64,000 bases of DNA, taken from the IMG/VR virus record IMGVR_UViG_3300043432_000238, positions 1 to 64,000 of that record; one strand, written 5' to 3'. Positions 1-8,172 of this stretch are shown piece after piece. The notes under the pieces were generated by a model that was given only the letters and a program-made list of their open reading frames with translations, ran no database searches and was not told where the DNA came from. Positions within the stretch are counted from its first letter, which is position 1. Every line of letters begins with the position of its first letter. Origin of the DNA: a virus (Duplodnaviria; Caudoviricetes). Both the position numbers and the translations under genes were made by a program.

Positions 1-5
1 CCTAG

Positions 6-704
6 CGTCCCCCTCTACGCGCTCGGGACGACCTCGTAGTCGTTGTCGGGGTCGCGGCACATCGTCCGTCCCCCTCTACGCGCTCGGGACGACCGTTGGC
101 GCCAAGATCATGAAAGTGCCGCCAGGGCGTCCCCCTCTACGCGCTCGGGACGACCGTCGTAGCCATGGGACTGCAGGAAGAGGACATCCGTCCCCCTCTA
201 CGCGCTCGGGACGACCCCTGCGGCGGCCTGCACGCCGAAGCTGCCGTGTCGTCCCCCTCTACGCGCTCGGGACGACCCTGCGCGCGGCCTCCGACAATCT
301 GGCGAGCAAGCGTCCCCCTCTACGCGCTCGGGACGACCTCTAGCCCTGCTCTGTGTCGACCACCAGCAGGACGTCCCCCTCTACGCGCTCGGGACGACCG
401 CCTCCTGCCGGAACCAGTCGGTCAGCGACCGCCGTCCCCCTCTACGCGCTCGGGACGACCTCGGGACATGTACTTTCAAACTGTCCTCCATAACGTCCCC
501 CTCTACGCGCTCGGGACGACCGCAGGCGAGTGGCACTGTGCGCAATCCTTCGGACGTCCCCCTCTACGCGCTCGGGACGACCTATATGAATCGCGAAGCA
601 ACGGCTCGCCCTTGTCGTCCCCCTCTACGCGCTCGGGACGACCTCAAACTGCGCGCTCTTCCTTGGGTGCAACATACGTCCCCCTCTACGCGCTCGGGAC
701 GACC
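6..704 (-). CRISPR. CRISPR array, 12 identical 28-nt repeats and 11 spacers of 33 nt (period 61); probably continues past the left edge
   Basis: CGTCCCCCTCTACGCGCTCGGGACGACC starts at 6, 67, 128, 189, 250, 311, 372, 433, 494, 555, 616, 677 with unique spacers. Minus-strand form GGTCGTCCCGAGCGCGTAGAGGGGGACG resembles type I-E repeats (GTCGTCCCC...). Orientation inferred from the leader, cas2 remnant and promoter to the right. Confidence 0.98.
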
Positions 705-750
705 TCTAGCCGCTAAGCGCCTGATCGCTCTCCACAATGTCAAAGATCAC

Positions 751-957
751 GGTCATCCGAAACACGTAGGGATTCCCCCTTCATAGCCCCGTTCCTCCGA
801 ATCCGGCCGAAGCCCGATCAGCGAAAGAACAAAGCTCCGATGCCCCTGGCTCCCTGGAATTGTGAGAGCACTTACCGACGGGCAGCCTCAGGGCCATCCT
901 ATGACCCAGAGGCGGGATTTAACCACGACCTGGACTGGCCGGGACCGCCTTCGCGAT
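751..957 (-). ncRNA. putative tracrRNA/scaffold RNA with anti-repeat at 751-772
   Basis: Plus strand 751-772 GGTCATCCGAAACACGTAGGGA vs repeat nt 1-22: 15 identities, 5 G>A changes (G-U pairs in RNA), 2 mismatches. Hairpins at 801-818 (C-UUCG-G loop) and 892-906. The 5' end is inferred from the promoter. Confidence 0.72.
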
Positions 958-963
958 AGGTGT

Positions 964-991
964 ATATTTGCTATTTCTTGAGCCTTGTCAA
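964..991 (-). promoter_or_regulatory. putative sigma70 promoter driving tracrRNA/leader/array
   Basis: TTGACA at 991-986, then about 17 nt to an AT-rich -10 (AAATAT/AATATA), resembling the alphaproteobacterial CTTGAC-N17-CTATAT pattern. Confidence 0.55.
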
Positions 992-1250
992 TAGAATTCC
1001 GTCGACTTCATACAAATCTCTGGAGACATCGCCGAGAGAACTGATGCCTATGTCACTGGACGCACTTATGTCCCGCGAGAGCATGACTATGCTTCCGTGG
1101 TTCAGTTCTTTGTGCCAGCGCTCAAGGACATCCCAGAGCCGATTTCTTGCGTCGCGGTTTAATTGCGCACTAACATAAATACTTGTTGAAGCCTCGAGTG
1201 ACGGGCATTATAAGGAATCCGGATCTTTTCCAGTCCGAGACGTCCGCGCA
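971..1250 (-). pseudogene. cas2: type I-E cas2 remnant (frameshifted, N-terminus lost)
   Basis: Frame 1207-971 reads CPSLEASTSIYVSAQLNRDARNRLWDVLERWHKELNHGSIVMLSRDISASSDIGISSLGDVSRDLYEVDGILLTRLKK*, matching the I-E Cas2 pattern LE...VYVS...R.R.W.V...W....GS.VM...LG...R.L.D.DG..L. An upstream frame gives DVSDWKRSGFL. In-frame TAA at 1210-1208; no usable ATG. Confidence 0.75.
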
Positions 1251-3308
1251 TCATGACGTCTCTCCTGCTTTGGCAGTGTGACGATCTTTCAGCAGTTTCT
1301 GCTCATTGCGCGCGGCATTGCGGTTTCGCCGCAGCATCTTGCCGCATGGCTCACCATCTTCCCGCAAGTTGATGCAGCGCAATATCTGGCGGCCATCCTT
1401 CATTTGCGGGTTGAGGCCGCCGCAGCTCGAGCACCGCTGGACGATCTGCTCCGTTGGCGCGATCTCCATATAAGCGGCTGGGCCGCGCAGATCCTCCGCC
1501 TTATATTTGATCGTCGTCTGAATGCGGGCCATCGCGACTCGCCGCATCATCTGCCGAGCCGCCTTCAATGAGCGTCTCTTGCCCTGGTGCTCCGGCCTTT
1601 GCCGCTCCTGCTCCTCGGCATCGGGCTTTTTCATCATCTTCGCCACCTGCATCCTCTGCACGGCGACCACATCGAATGTCCTGACGATTTTCGTCGTTAC
1701 CTGATGTAGCCAGTTTTCGCGCAGGTCCGCATCGCGTCCTTCCAATTCGGCCAGTTTGGCGGCGGCTTCGAAGAAGCCCCGTGATTGGGGAAGCCGCGGC
1801 CGTCCAGGCGTTTTGGAGACAATGCCGCGCGCCGCCTTCTGCTGGTGTCGGCGCTTGCCCGCCGCTGCGCGTTTCTGGATGCGTTTCTTGCGCGCTTCGA
1901 TGGCACGCGCTTGCTTGCGCGCGGTGATCTGGTGCAGAGCAAGCACATTGTCATCGATCGGCGGCATCGTCAGGTCCATCCCGTCGAGCTGGTCCTCACC
2001 GGTCTGGCCGCGATCATCGCACCAGGTGATCGGGATTTTGGCCGCAATCTTGATAGCGGCGGTTCGCCCGGTAAGTGGCAATGGCTCCGGTTGATCGACG
2101 GTCCACTGCACGGACAGATACCAGTCTTCGCCACGTCGCCAGATCCGCGCGCCTTCGCATTTTGGCACCGGCCCCTCGCCGCGCAATCCAGCGCGCACGA
2201 AAGGTGGCAGGCGGCATTCCATCCAGCCGACGCCGTTCGGCAACTTTATGCGTCCGTCGACCTCGCTATCCTTTCCTTTGCGCTGCTTGGCTTTGAATTC
2301 GAATTGCGTGTTGGCGAAATAAACCGAGCCTGCGGCATAGTGGTTCGGCTTGTATTTCGCGAACCCCGTCTTGCGGAATGGCAATCCCGCCGCTTGCTTG
2401 CGCAGTTCGCGGTACATATTCTGAATCGCGCCGTCGAGATCGGCGACTGTTTTCTGCGCCGCATGGGACGGCAGGTCGTCGATCCACCTTGTCAGGCCCA
2501 GTCTTTTCAAACGAGCCATGAGCTTTTGCATCTGATGGACGTCGATGAAAATCCTGGGTTGGTTTGCTTTGAGCAGATCATTATAGACGCCGGACGTCTT
2601 GGCGATCACGGCACAGTCACATGGACCCTCGTGCGCTTGGAGCCAGTCGATAAGCGCGTCCGCTTTATCCGTGATCTGCCTGTCCTTCAACCACTGCAGC
2701 GTATGCTGATGGCTGTGGTCGCAGGCAGCGCTGCGCAATGATTTGCGAAGCCGGCCCAATAGGCTGCGCATCTCGCGTTCCCTGAGCGGCACGCCGATGT
2801 CACGCCACGCCCACATCATCTTTGCCAGCCGTGCCGGATCGAGCGGCTTCGGCATCGCGGCGATCTTAGCCAAGGCGGCCTTGACTTCGTCATGCTCCGG
2901 CGTACCCTTCGGCAACTCATCAAGCCGGGTTTTCAGTTGCTCGCGTTCCTCTTCGCGACCGATGCCGGGTTCCTTGATCCATCCCGGCTCCTTCTTCCAC
3001 GCTCCGCCCTTGCCCTTCGTGCCCTTGCGCCATTTGCCTTCGCGATAGACCGTCTCCGCTGTCGCGAAATCGTTTTCGGCGATGCCGGTCCAGATCTTTC
3101 TCCAGCCGAGCCGCGACCGGCTGTTCTCACCGCTATAAGCGGCTTCCTGCAGCGTCAGCAGCAGATTCCAGAGCTGGATGCAGCGCCGCCGCCAGAGGTC
3201 CATGGTGCGCATTTGTGTCCGGCTCGGATAGAGGCGGCATTTGGTGCCGCGTTTCATCGAGCCAAGCGCATTCGTGGCGCGTTCGTCGCGCGTTTCGGCG
3301 ATTGCCAT
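1251..3308 (-). CDS. nuclease-dead TnpB/Cas12-like RNA-guided protein, 685 aa
   Basis: N-terminal KCRLYPSRTQ...LWNLLL (OrfB_IS605 HTH-like), LPSHAAQKTVADLDGAIQN...GFAKYK, and C-terminal Zn ribbon C626/C629/C645/C655. RuvC-I AAIK420, RuvC-II VAVQ551 and RuvC-III RN662RNAARN all lack the acidic catalytic residues. Confidence 0.9.
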   Translation of the reverse strand: MAIAETRDERATNALGSMKRGTKCRLYPSRTQMRTMDLWRRRCIQLWNLLLTLQEAAYSGENSRSRLGWRKIWTGIAENDFATAETVYREGKWRKGTKGKGGAWKKEPGWIKEPGIGREEEREQLKTRLDELPKGTPEHDEVKAALAKIAAMPKPLDPARLAKMMWAWRDIGVPLREREMRSLLGRLRKSLRSAACDHSHQHTLQWLKDRQITDKADALIDWLQAHEGPCDCAVIAKTSGVYNDLLKANQPRIFIDVHQMQKLMARLKRLGLTRWIDDLPSHAAQKTVADLDGAIQNMYRELRKQAAGLPFRKTGFAKYKPNHYAAGSVYFANTQFEFKAKQRKGKDSEVDGRIKLPNGVGWMECRLPPFVRAGLRGEGPVPKCEGARIWRRGEDWYLSVQWTVDQPEPLPLTGRTAAIKIAAKIPITWCDDRGQTGEDQLDGMDLTMPPIDDNVLALHQITARKQARAIEARKKRIQKRAAAGKRRHQQKAARGIVSKTPGRPRLPQSRGFFEAAAKLAELEGRDADLRENWLHQVTTKIVRTFDVVAVQRMQVAKMMKKPDAEEQERQRPEHQGKRRSLKAARQMMRRVAMARIQTTIKYKAEDLRGPAAYMEIAPTEQIVQRCSSCGGLNPQMKDGRQILRCINLREDGEPCGKMLRRNRNAARNEQKLLKDRHTAKAGETS

Positions 3309-3366
3309 GGTTGGGGCCTCGTCTAGGCTTGTTGAGCTATTGCGGTATGCAGGTTGGGCATGCCTT

Positions 3367-3606
3367 TTAAATCCAGGTCTCTACGATCACGGGGTCATCA
3401 TCGGGAAACCTGCCGATGCAGAAATGCCCGTGTGGAATATCGGCGCGGGCCTGGTCGAGATCGTCGTAGACGCCGCCGATGTCTGCCGAAGTTATTGGTG
3501 TCGTGCTGGACTGCATGACGAATTGCCTGCGAACCACGACATGGTCGGGGAAATCCCGCGGATGATCGTAGACCACCCAAAGCGTCAGCAGCCGGTTCGA
3601 CGTCAT
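3367..3606 (-). CDS. phage hypothetical protein (WVVYDHPRDFPDHVVVRRQ)
   Basis: Start overlaps the upstream stop; typical small phage protein. Confidence 0.7.
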   Translation of the reverse strand: MTSNRLLTLWVVYDHPRDFPDHVVVRRQFVMQSSTTPITSADIGGVYDDLDQARADIPHGHFCIGRFPDDDPVIVETWI

Positions 3607-3890
3607 TGCGTGCCCCGTCGAATCTTGCAGGCGACAGTCAGGGACCGGGGATCGTCCGCACGGCCCGCCGTTGTCGCCATCGCAGTCAGTCCGCAAAGAG
3701 TGCACTTGATCAGCCACGCTCCGCAGCGTGGTGCCGGGTGGCGGAGATCGATTGTGCAGCACGGCGTTTTGCCACCCGTCGCATCGACATCGATGCCGGC
3801 TGGATAGGCCGGGTTTGGTTGCCGCTGTGGCTCGCGGAAGAAGTCGACCCATTCCGCGACGAGGGGACCGCTCGGTTTCGGGGCGGTCAT
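3603..3890 (-). CDS. Cys-rich hypothetical protein
   Basis: Coupled ORF, CxxC motif (CTLC). Confidence 0.65.
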   Translation of the reverse strand: MTAPKPSGPLVAEWVDFFREPQRQPNPAYPAGIDVDATGGKTPCCTIDLRHPAPRCGAWLIKCTLCGLTAMATTAGRADDPRSLTVACKIRRGTQ

Positions 3891-4417
3891 CGCGCGCCCC
3901 TCATCACGTCGTAGATCTCTTGAACCGAGTGTTCCGCCGCGAAGACGCCCTCTTTCGTGCGCCATCCCGTGCCGGTAAGCTGCGGAGGCCAAAGAGTGAA
4001 GCCGCTGCCGCTGCTGTAACGGATCAGCGCGACCAGCCCGCGCCTTTCAATCCAGGCGCGCAGATTCTGGTCCTGGTGAGCGTCAGGATATTTCGGGTCG
4101 CACCAGATCTGCACGATCGGCACGCGGTGCGTCTCGCCCGTCTCGTTATCTTGCGCCGTGATGAATTCCGGCGACGGATCGAGCACATAGTGCGAGCGGT
4201 CAGGCCGGCTGAGATCGCCGGCGTCGTCATTTATCAGCCATCCGCACGACCAGACCCGGCATGGAAACGGGCGCGATGGATAGATCGCACAGCCCTTGGC
4301 GTGGCGCTGGTGCTGGCAGCGCTGATTGCTCGGCTTATTGAACATCGGCGCTGGCATCAGCCGGCAGCATAGTTGGCAGTCGCCGCAGCGGCGTTGGATG
4401 GCAATGGAGTCAGTCAT
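3887..4417 (-). CDS. YkgJ-like CxxCxxCC metal-binding protein
   Basis: RRCGDCQLCC...CxxxxxxxGCAIYPSRPFPCRVWSC motif. Confidence 0.7.
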   Translation of the reverse strand: MTDSIAIQRRCGDCQLCCRLMPAPMFNKPSNQRCQHQRHAKGCAIYPSRPFPCRVWSCGWLINDDAGDLSRPDRSHYVLDPSPEFITAQDNETGETHRVPIVQIWCDPKYPDAHQDQNLRAWIERRGLVALIRYSSGSGFTLWPPQLTGTGWRTKEGVFAAEHSVQEIYDVMRGAR

Positions 4418-5075
4418 TGGGCGCCCCGAAGCAGCGATCAAGCAGCGAGGTGAAGCGCATCACCTGCGCGCCGAGTTCCTTCAATGCCGCCGGCCCTTCT
4501 GCGCGTGCCGGTTCCTCCAGCAGGGGCAGGCCGGATTCAACCGACTGCTCGACCTCTTCGCGCGTCGCTGGTCGCCCCTCGCGGAAGAACGCAATCTCCA
4601 GCGGGTCGCCGACGCGGATCAGCACGCCGCCGGGCGCGCGGAACACCGAATAGTGCCGCGTAAGCCAGAGCAGGCTGACGCCGGGATTGCGCTCGATCAT
4701 GAGGCCGGCCGGCTTCTTCGTCGGCATATCCTCCATGCCGCGCATATTGCGCTTTGCCATGGGCCGCGTCAGGAACGGACAGGCATTGACGGCGAACTCG
4801 GCGCAACTGCGATGGCTCGGCGGCTCCGAAGAGACGCGGTTGACGCCGCACATCGGGCCGATGACGAAGGCGAGAAGAGATCCCAGCGGCTGGCCGCAGA
4901 GCCAGCAGCGCTTGTGCCGGATGGCGCGACGGAATTTCGCCGGATCGGCGGCCTGGAACACCGGTTTGCCGTCGAGCCAGTCGACGAACCAGGGCACCGG
5001 AAAGCCGCGCTCATCGATCGGAAGAGCCTTGAAGCGGTCCGGCAATGGTGGCAGGTCGGTGCGAAGCTCAGCCAT
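4410..5075 (-). CDS. conserved phage hypothetical protein
   Basis: LPIDERGFPVPWFV...CWLCG...FVIGPMC...EPPSH...CPFL; coupled with its neighbours. Confidence 0.7.
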   Translation of the reverse strand: MAELRTDLPPLPDRFKALPIDERGFPVPWFVDWLDGKPVFQAADPAKFRRAIRHKRCWLCGQPLGSLLAFVIGPMCGVNRVSSEPPSHRSCAEFAVNACPFLTRPMAKRNMRGMEDMPTKKPAGLMIERNPGVSLLWLTRHYSVFRAPGGVLIRVGDPLEIAFFREGRPATREEVEQSVESGLPLLEEPARAEGPAALKELGAQVMRFTSLLDRCFGAPND

Positions 5076-5083
5076 TTCGAACC

Positions 5084-5706
5084 TCAATAATATCTGATCG
5101 CCATCAAGATCCGCGCCGCCCAGGCAATCGCCCGGTCATATTGCACCTCGCCGCCATTCTCATGCGGGATCAGCGTCCAGCCCGCGTTGCGTCCACGCAC
5201 GAGCCGCCGCAGAAGCACCGGCCCATCGGCGACGGCGACGAGGCAGTCCGTGCCATGGGCGTTGTCGAGATCCTCGGGCCGGAAGCGGTTGCCGATCAGC
5301 ACGGTGCCGGGCTCGAAACCGCCAACGGCCGCGTCGATCCGCACGGCGACCGGATCATCGCCTGCGACCTCCAGGTTGACTTTGGCTCCAGCCTCCTGCT
5401 CGCGGGAGATGATCCGTCCGTGCTCGTCGGCGCGGCCGAGCAGCGGGATCTCACGGACGCCCCGGGCGCCGACCAGGTCGATGGGCTCGACCGTCAGCGC
5501 GTGGGCGATCTTCTGCAACCACTCCATCGAGACGGTCATATTGTCGGTCTCAAGCCGCTGGATGGTCTGCGGGGTGGTGTGTATCTTGTGCGCGAGCTGC
5601 TTCAGCGTCATGCCGCGCAGCTTGCGGAACTCCCGGATTCTGGTCTGCATGCCGATGGTCTTCGGCCGGATCGCCGAGGCGGAGTACGGTGTGTCGTGGA
5701 TCGTCA
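5084..5706 (-). CDS. XRE-family HTH transcriptional regulator with S24-like C-terminus (start uncertain)
   Basis: RIREFRKLRGMTLKQLAHKIHTTPQTIQRLET helix-turn-helix. Confidence 0.8.
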
Positions 5707-5924
5707 TCTGTCTTGAACCTGACATATTTCCTGACCATGAGTGCCGCTGGGATGCCAGGAGCCGATAGGGCACGAAACTCCAGACACCCCAGCGGTCGCT
5801 ACCCCGCTACTGCTTGTCGCGTGCACCCGTATCCGGTTCCACGCTGTCGACCACCCACGGTGCTGGGCCGGTGGCAGTCGAATTCCCAGGCCAGCCCTTA
5901 TCCGTTTGGCGAACGAGATAAGGC

Positions 5925-6275
5925 TTACTGGCCTGGGTTCCCCGGTCTGGTAAGAGAGCCGGGAACCTCGCCCGCAGGAGACACTGTTTCTTCTCCTGCG
6001 GGCCGCTCGGGCTTCATGGGCCCAAGCGTGGCGATGGAGGGGAGTTCATCGCCGGAAACCGTCAATTCGTGATCGGGACTTCCCTCGCGCCCCGTGCAAT
6101 GCTCGCAATAGCAGAGCATGTTCTTGCCGTTGCCGCTCCAGATCATCAGCGGGATCTCGTCTTCCCGGATCGGCTTGCGGCAACGCGAGCAGGTGTCGTC
6201 GCAGGTCAGGATGTGCCACTGATCGTTGGGCAGGATGCCGCCGGGGACGAAATTCTCGAGGGTGAACTCAGGCAT
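5925..6275 (-). CDS. Zn-finger hypothetical protein
   Basis: CSRC...CEHC; TGATG coupling with the upstream ORF. Confidence 0.6.
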   Translation of the reverse strand: MPEFTLENFVPGGILPNDQWHILTCDDTCSRCRKPIREDEIPLMIWSGNGKNMLCYCEHCTGREGSPDHELTVSGDELPSIATLGPMKPERPAGEETVSPAGEVPGSLTRPGNPGQ

Positions 6276-6541
6276 CAGGCACGCTCCGCTGGTTGCAGGC
6301 GCAAAATGATCCGGCGGGCCTCCTGCACATCCGAAGATGCAGCGGCGGTGAAAATCTCCTCGTCGGTCGGTGCCCGGAGCCGCATATCGTCCCCGAAAAC
6401 ATTCAGGGATGCGCAGCGGATGCACAGTGAGAAATCGCCGGGTGTCGGCTTGTCCGGCCCATTGCAACTGTCCATCACATGTCCACATTCGCAGCAGGCG
6501 GAGGACGGTACCGTGCTCATGACCTCAAAGCTTTGCTTCAT
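6275..6541 (-). CDS. Zn-finger hypothetical protein
   Basis: CCECG...PTPGDFSLCIRC motif. Confidence 0.65.
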   Translation of the reverse strand: MKQSFEVMSTVPSSACCECGHVMDSCNGPDKPTPGDFSLCIRCASLNVFGDDMRLRAPTDEEIFTAAASSDVQEARRIILRLQPAERA

Positions 6542-6800
6542 TGCCGCCCTCAATCGTGCGCAGATCCGTGCGCTCGCTGAGCTTGATGATCCTGATCGTG
6601 ACGCCCGCGATTTCGGCGAGCATCTCGGCCTGCTCGGTGATCCATTCCAGCCGCTGCGGATCTGCCGCGATCAGCGGGTAGGACACGCCGCCGATGGTGA
6701 TGGCGCAGATGCCCTCGCCATGCTCGGTGACGCTGACGGCCGCCCAGATCACGTCGATACAGGCGAGATGGTTCCGCGGTTTCAGGATAGCGATCGTCAT
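6525..6800 (-). CDS. phage hypothetical protein
   Basis: ORF with RBS, overlapping the next gene. Confidence 0.65.
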   Translation of the reverse strand: MTIAILKPRNHLACIDVIWAAVSVTEHGEGICAITIGGVSYPLIAADPQRLEWITEQAEMLAEIAGVTIRIIKLSERTDLRTIEGGNEAKL

Positions 6801-6877
6801 GTCAGACTTCCTGCCGTACGCAATAGAATTGCCCGGCCGCTTGGTTCATGGCCGCACGGCCGGGCTCCCCGGTAAAA

Positions 6878-7225
6878 CTATTCGCTGCCGCCGGCGGAAT
6901 GGCCGAGCGGACCGTTCGGATTGGGATCACGCACGATGGCATGGTTCCAGCAATAGGACGCGATCTCGGTGGGAAGATTGTCCGCGTTGCAGCCGCCTTC
7001 CGCGCTCACGCGCTCATAGGTCCGGCGCGAATGCTCTTCGGCTGCCTTGTCGGTATTGATGACCGGCGCGGGCGCTTCACCCTTCTCCTTCGGGCAGGCG
7101 CCGAAACGAGGCGTGCCGGCGCCGCGCAGATCCCAGTCGCAGGTGGGAGAGGCCCGCTCCTGCGCCATTGCGGAGCTTGCCGAGAAGCCCAGGACCAAGG
7201 CCATCATGATCAATGTTTTGTTCAT
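6878..7225 (-). CDS. secreted hypothetical protein
   Basis: Signal peptide MNKTLIMMALVLGFSASSAMA; RBS GGAGAC. Confidence 0.65.
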   Translation of the reverse strand: MNKTLIMMALVLGFSASSAMAQERASPTCDWDLRGAGTPRFGACPKEKGEAPAPVINTDKAAEEHSRRTYERVSAEGGCNADNLPTEIASYCWNHAIVRDPNPNGPLGHSAGGSE

Positions 7226-7335
7226 ATCGTCTCCTGAAAATCGATCTGTGAAAAATGACCGCACCGCGATCGGAACGGTGCGGCGACTGCGGGAAGGGGC
7301 AACTCGGTACGCATACGAACAATCGTCGCAGCGGG

Positions 7336-8169
7336 TCAGGCTCCAGGACGCAGCGGAACGACGACGGGTTTCGCCGCCTCCCGCTCATGCGGCATGATGA
7401 CGAGACGCTTGCAGTGCTGGTCGATGAAACTGCCGGCGGGAGGATCGAAGATTTTCAGCTTCTTGATGGCGGTGTGCCAGAGGTGGACGCCGACTGTCCA
7501 TTGCGTGAAGCGTTTGGTGATATCGACCGCCGGATCGAAGACGTCCATGTGCTGCATCCATGAGTTCGGATAGAACACGTCGACCGACTCCGCCCTGATG
7601 TGCAGATTGTGCTTCTCGGCAAAATGCGTCACTGCAAGCGGTCCTATGATCGCCCATTCGAGGCAGTCGACCGGGCGTGATTTGCCTCTCAGCCAGCGCC
7701 GATATTGCTGCCACTTCCTGGCGACCGGCCACCACGGTGCGATCACCGGGCGTTTGGCGGCGAATGCGAGCGTTTCGGTGATGATGGGACAATCGGCTGG
7801 CAGTTTGAGAACGCCACTCCCGATCGATGTCTCGGTCTCATAGCCGAAGATGTAATCGGCCTCGGCGAGCGGCTTGATGAACACCATGTCGGTGTCGACC
7901 CAGCAGCCGAGCTGCTTCTGCAGCAGATGATAGCGGAAGAAATCCGAGCCCAGCGCAAAGCTGCCCTCGCGTTTGTTCTTGATGACCAGCCGCTCCGGCA
8001 TGACCTCGCGGCCGTCGCGCATGTCGACGCCTGTCGGCGCGTTCGGCACACCGAGATAGGTGTAGAGGGCCACCTTGTGGCCGGTATCGAGCATCGAGGT
8101 CAGGCAGAGCCGCTCGATATAGCTCAGCTCGCCGCCGACCCATAAGGCGCATAGATTTTGCGTTTTCAT
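7336..8169 (-). CDS. DxD glycosyltransferase (GT32/capsule-synthesis-like)
   Basis: LWVGGELSYIERLCLTSM...SDFFRY.LL...G.WVDTD motif. Confidence 0.85.
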   Translation of the reverse strand: MKTQNLCALWVGGELSYIERLCLTSMLDTGHKVALYTYLGVPNAPTGVDMRDGREVMPERLVIKNKREGSFALGSDFFRYHLLQKQLGCWVDTDMVFIKPLAEADYIFGYETETSIGSGVLKLPADCPIITETLAFAAKRPVIAPWWPVARKWQQYRRWLRGKSRPVDCLEWAIIGPLAVTHFAEKHNLHIRAESVDVFYPNSWMQHMDVFDPAVDITKRFTQWTVGVHLWHTAIKKLKIFDPPAGSFIDQHCKRLVIMPHEREAAKPVVVPLRPGA

Positions 8170-8172
8170 GGA

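Noticed and set aside
34-676. Spacers self-targeting this phage
   Set aside because: No match noticed by eye, but the search was not exhaustive; an alignment is needed.
6-704. TIGR-like or simple tandem repeat instead of CRISPR
   Set aside because: One 28-nt palindromic repeat with unique 33-nt spacers and an adjacent cas2 remnant fits CRISPR.
110-786. ORFs 110-343, 165-716 and 538-786
   Set aside because: Read-through of the CRISPR repeats; periodic peptide motifs are artefacts.
960-1178. 72-aa plus-strand ORF
   Set aside because: Antisense shadow of the cas2 remnant; no RBS or recognisable family.
1251-3308. Active IS200/IS605 transposon
   Set aside because: No tnpA, no obvious subterminal hairpin ends, RuvC residues lost, large insertion; looks domesticated.
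1251-3308. Cas12k CAST system
   Set aside because: No tnsB/tnsC/tniQ in the window and the context is a phage. Sequence left of the window is unseen, so this is not fully excluded.
5774-5925. tRNA-like element (TTCGACT and hairpins upstream of the XRE gene)
   Set aside because: No cloverleaf could be built; at most an unremarkable leader.
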